Of a stretch of DNA of 64,000 bases, positions 59,711 to 64,000 are shown piece after piece (the stretch's first letter is position 1; the number at the start of each line of letters is the position of its first letter). The translations under genes were made by a program, and so were the position numbers. The notes beneath the pieces were generated by a model. The model made no database searches, had not been told where the DNA came from, and saw only the letters and a list, made by a program, of their open reading frames with translations. Source of the stretch: an uncultured cyanobacterium (GTDB lineage: Bacteria > Cyanobacteriota > Cyanobacteriia > Cyanobacteriales > CAWUOF01); the NCBI GenBank assembly GCA_963744145.1, contig CAVUSO010000001.1, forward strand, positions 800,001-864,000. Reading direction: 5' to 3'.

Positions 59711-60059
59711 AACACCTTTAATTTTAGTTTGCCATGTAAATTAAACCAGCATTAACTAATCAAAAACAATCATTTATACTACAAATCTCCAAAAGGAAAG
59801 GGGGGCAAGAATGACCTCTCCCCCAACCCCTCTCCTCAAAGGAAAGGGGAGAAGAATAAATCTATTCAATCTCCCATCAATTTAATTATCTTAATTGTCC
59901 CCAATTATTAAAATTATGACTAAGAGCTTTTGCGCCCGTCCAAGGGTCATTGTCCATCTACTAGAGAAAATTACCCAAATATATTTTTTGCAAAATTTGA
60001 TTGCTAAAATATGTAGCAAAGTTGCAAAAGTGTTTTATAGTTTTTATATGAATTTTTTG

Positions 60060-60257
60060 GCAAGGCGAAGCTAGGTCGAAAAACCAGGGGGTGCCGCCAA
60101 AATCTCTAGAACCTTGATAATTCAATACTTCTAACCTCTAAACCTGTTCCAAATCTGGTGAAAATTCAGTTGGGGCGATCGCTGAAATGAAGTTTTTTTG
60201 GAGACCTGCCAAAACTGCTTTTCAAAGCTAGTCCCAGTAACCCTTCTAGACCCCGCT
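60060..60257 (+). promoter_or_regulatory. CRISPR leader
   Basis: Non-coding segment directly before the first repeat, with CGCCAAAA / TGCCAAAA motifs and an AT-rich region upstream. Confidence 0.7.
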
Positions 60258-63200
60258 CTTTCTCAATACTGAATCCCGGCAACGGGACTGAAACAATTGA
60301 CCATGATTTTTTAAGGACATTATATGTTATAGCTTTCTCAATACTGAATCCCGGCAACGGGACTGAAACTATCTAAAATAGGATAACCCGCTTCTTTTTC
60401 TCCTACTTTCTCAATACTGAATCCCGGCAACGGGACTGAAACTTGTTCGCCGATTACCTATCTACGATAAACGTATTCGGAGATCTTTCTCAATACTGAA
60501 TCCCGGCAACGGGACTGAAACCTGGCATCTGAGCCAGAGATAAAGAAAGAAATAAAGCTTTCTCAATACTGAATCCCGGCAACGGGACTGAAACTAAACG
60601 AGCAAAAGCTGTAAAAAGAACCATAACACATCTTTCTCAATACTGAATCCCGGCAACGGGACTGAAACTATCGTCGGTTTGTTAGTTACAATATTGTCAA
60701 CTTTCTCAATACTGAATCCCGGCAACGGGACTGAAACTGGCGATTTCACGATTAAGGCAGAATCCGATTTAAGCCTTTCTCAATACTGAATCCCGGCAAC
60801 GGGACTGAAACTTGGGAATAGAGTTATTAAAATTAAATTATGATATTAACTTTCTCAATACTGAATCCCGGCAACGGGACTGAAACTTCTGAAGCTCATG
60901 CTTAATTTGCATGAGCATCCCCACCTTTCTCAATACTGAATCCCGGCAACGGGACTGAAACCCTCTGTACTCATGCCGTTCAAGAAAAACTTGAAACTTT
61001 CTCAATACTGAATCCCGGCAACGGGACTGAAACTCTTGTATAGATGGAATAATAGAATTCAATTTCTTCGGCTTTCTCAATACTGAATCCCGGCAACGGG
61101 ACTGAAACCCTTGCCCTATTAGGGCTAACTACATGAGAAGCTTTCTCCTTTCTCAATACTGAATCCCGGCAACGGGACTGAAACAAATATCCTTCTATTT
61201 CATTGTCAGAGGCTGTATGATTCTTTCTCAATACTGAATCCCGGCAACGGGACTGAAACAACTGATAAGTCCGGATCATTTAACTTCTCATGTCAGCCGG
61301 ACTTTCTCAATACTGAATCCCGGCAACGGGACTGAAACGTATCATTTACTCCTGTTGGAGCTGCTACTGCTGCTGCTTTCTCAATACTGAATCCCGGCAA
61401 CGGGACTGAAACATCTTAGTTGAGAGGATACGTTTATAACTTCATTAAGCTTTCTCAATACTGAATCCCGGCAACGGGACTGAAACCCACCACTTTTAAT
61501 AGTACATATTAAGATATCCACGTCTTTCTCAATACTGAATCCCGGCAACGGGACTGAAACTCTTTAATTTCTATACGTTCCTTAGCCAATTCATCTAACT
61601 TTCTCAATACTGAATCCCGGCAACGGGACTGAAACATAAAGTATTGTGTATTCTTATTCTGAGATAAGAACTTTCTCAATACTGAATCCCGGCAACGGGA
61701 CTGAAACAACTATCATCATGAGTACACAAGAAAAACAATTCCTCTTTCTCAATACTGAATCCCGGCAACGGGACTGAAACATGTGAATATAAATGTTGTT
61801 CGGTTAAGATAAAATCTTCCTTTCTCAATACTGAATCCCGGCAACGGGACTGAAACATTCTTTAACTTCTCTTTAAACTCTCCCCAACTTAACATGGGCT
61901 TTCTCAATACTGAATCCCGGCAACGGGACTGAAACTTGCAATCACTTCCTCAAACGCATAGCTTAGAGCGTTGAAGATGCTTTCTCAATACTGAATCCCG
62001 GCAACGGGACTGAAACTTAACTCCAGAATTTCATTGTGTACGTGGGATATCTTTCTCAATACTGAATCCCGGCAACGGGACTGAAACCTAAATGACAGAA
62101 ATTATAGTGATCTGATAAACGGTCCTTTCTCAATACTGAATCCCGGCAACGGGACTGAAACTCTTTAATATTAAATTATCAATATACTTATACACACTTT
62201 CTCAATACTGAATCCCGGCAACGGGACTGAAACTCTTTATCATATAAATTAATAAAAGGTATTTTACCCCCTCTTTCTCAATACTGAATCCCGGCAACGG
62301 GACTGAAACAATTCTTTATGATTATTTAATAAATGACTGGCAGCCACTTTCTCAATACTGAATCCCGGCAACGGGACTGAAACCACAAAACCAGGATAAA
62401 AAGATTAAACCTAGTGTTAAAGACTTTCTCAATACTGAATCCCGGCAACGGGACTGAAACCGATACAGTATCAATCAATCTAGAAGTATGTAAATCTTTC
62501 TCAATACTGAATCCCGGCAACGGGACTGAAACCTGTTCAGTATGTTGATACTGTAACTTCTGAAGTCGCTTTCTCAATACTGAATCCCGGCAACGGGACT
62601 GAAACCCTCCTCTAAACATTAATAATATAGTTCCACCTACTTTCTCAATACTGAATCCCGGCAACGGGACTGAAACAAAGTAATTACATCATGTCGTAAT
62701 CTAGATATAAACCTTTCTCAATACTGAATCCCGGCAACGGGACTGAAACTGTACATAACTAGAATATTTAACTTCTGTTGAGAATAAACTTTCTCAATAC
62801 TGAATCCCGGCAACGGGACTGAAACAGCGTTTCTCGATTCCGTTTAACTTCATCCCAGCTAGCCACTTTCTCAATACTGAATCCCGGCAACGGGACTGAA
62901 ACACCTCATGCATAGAAACTAAAAGTTTTGTTGTCTCGAACTTTCTCAATACTGAATCCCGGCAACGGGACTGAAACGTTTCCCAGAATTTTTCTGTTCT
63001 GACTTCTTCAGGCTGATGTCCAGCTTTCTCAATACTGAATCCCGGCAACGGGACTGAAACTATAGAAGAAAGGAATAAGATTACAGAGCTACATCCTTTC
63101 TCAATACTGAATCCCGGCAACGGGACTGAAACCCTGGTCTTTGTGCCCCGTATGATTTGTATGAAACCTTTCTCAATACTGAATCCCGGCAACGGGACTG

Positions 63201-64000
63201 AAACCATTGTGTAACTAACTGTGTAAAGTAGGATAATCATACTTTCTCAATACTGAATCCCGGCAACGGGACTGAAACATGTCCACTATTTCTCAAGAAA
63301 GGAGATTAGTATGTCTAGCTTTCTCAATACTGAATCCCGGCAACGGGACTGAAACCATTAATAGCTATTGAAGTCCCCTTAGTAAGTACAGCCTTTCTCA
63401 ATACTGAATCCCGGCAACGGGACTGAAACTCGTTAGTAAGGTTTTCTCACGTTACGAGTCAAATCTTTCTCAATACTGAATCCCGGCAACGGGACTGAAA
63501 CATATCGTTTTAATAATCCTGCATCATATAGAACGACTTTCTCAATACTGAATCCCGGCAACGGGACTGAAACGTCATAGGGTATCTACATAAGATATAC
63601 ATTATGTAGCTCTTTCTCAATACTGAATCCCGGCAACGGGACTGAAACTTTTATTAGTTTGTTCTACTTGTTCAGGTTCTTGTTCCTTTCTCAATACTGA
63701 ATCCCGGCAACGGGACTGAAACAGATACTAAAGATTTGGAGATAGACATGATAAAAACCTCTTTCTCAATACTGAATCCCGGCAACGGGACTGAAACGCT
63801 ATTTATCCCTATACCAGAATATTAGGTGTATAGCTTTCTCAATACTGAATCCCGGCAACGGGACTGAAACTTTTAGTAAATCAGTAATGTTGAGTTTTCC
63901 ACAACTTTCTCAATACTGAATCCCGGCAACGGGACTGAAACGCTCTATATATTGTTTATTTAAACGTTCATGTAAGGATAACCAACACCGCTTTCTCAAT
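60258..64000 (+). CRISPR. CRISPR array with 37-nt repeat CTTTCTCAATACTGAATCCCGGCAACGGGACTGAAAC; 50 complete repeats plus 1 partial; continues beyond the window
   Basis: Invariant repeats with a TCCCG/CGGGA stem and a GAAAC end. Spacers are about 32-49 nt. The repeat resembles cyanobacterial type I-D repeats. Confidence 0.99.

Noticed and set aside
60166..63240. Minus-strand ORFs with FQSRCRDSVLRK / VSVPLPGFSIEK repeats
   Set aside because: They are translations of the CRISPR repeat.
60258..64000. Self-targeting spacers against this window
   Set aside because: None was found by eye; an alignment is needed to exclude them.

Overview
Cyanobacterial chromosome segment, judged from the many HIP1 GCGATCGC sites, mreBCD, hpn genes and a HetZ-related gene. 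It has four zones. (1) 1-17 kb is a rearranged accessory/defence island. It holds an IS1634 end, toxin-antitoxin remnants, a candidate toxin/immunity pair, a PLD-SNF2 helicase that lacks its second RecA domain, and a caspase-STAND-TPR gene. It also holds seven mosaic Uma2 (DUF820) nuclease genes (one 3'-truncated) plus one fragment. REP-containing MITEs lie at the joins, and one carries a five-deep nest of a 24-nt element. (2) 17-42 kb is mostly housekeeping: mreBCD, hisZ, ferredoxins, tRNA-Ser, TpsB, mobA, a hopanoid cluster, a ferrochelatase-like gene, an MFS transporter and a PARG-like gene. (3) 42-54 kb is a four-gene DUF11 adhesin / beta-helix / outer-membrane-barrel operon. (4) 54-64 kb has housekeeping genes, then a CRISPR leader and an array of 50 complete 37-nt repeats plus a partial one running off the window, with no cas genes visible. 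The best candidates for undescribed systems are the module-shuffled Uma2 array coupled to the helicase and the DUF11 surface operon. All family assignments come from reading motifs by eye; no database searches were run.
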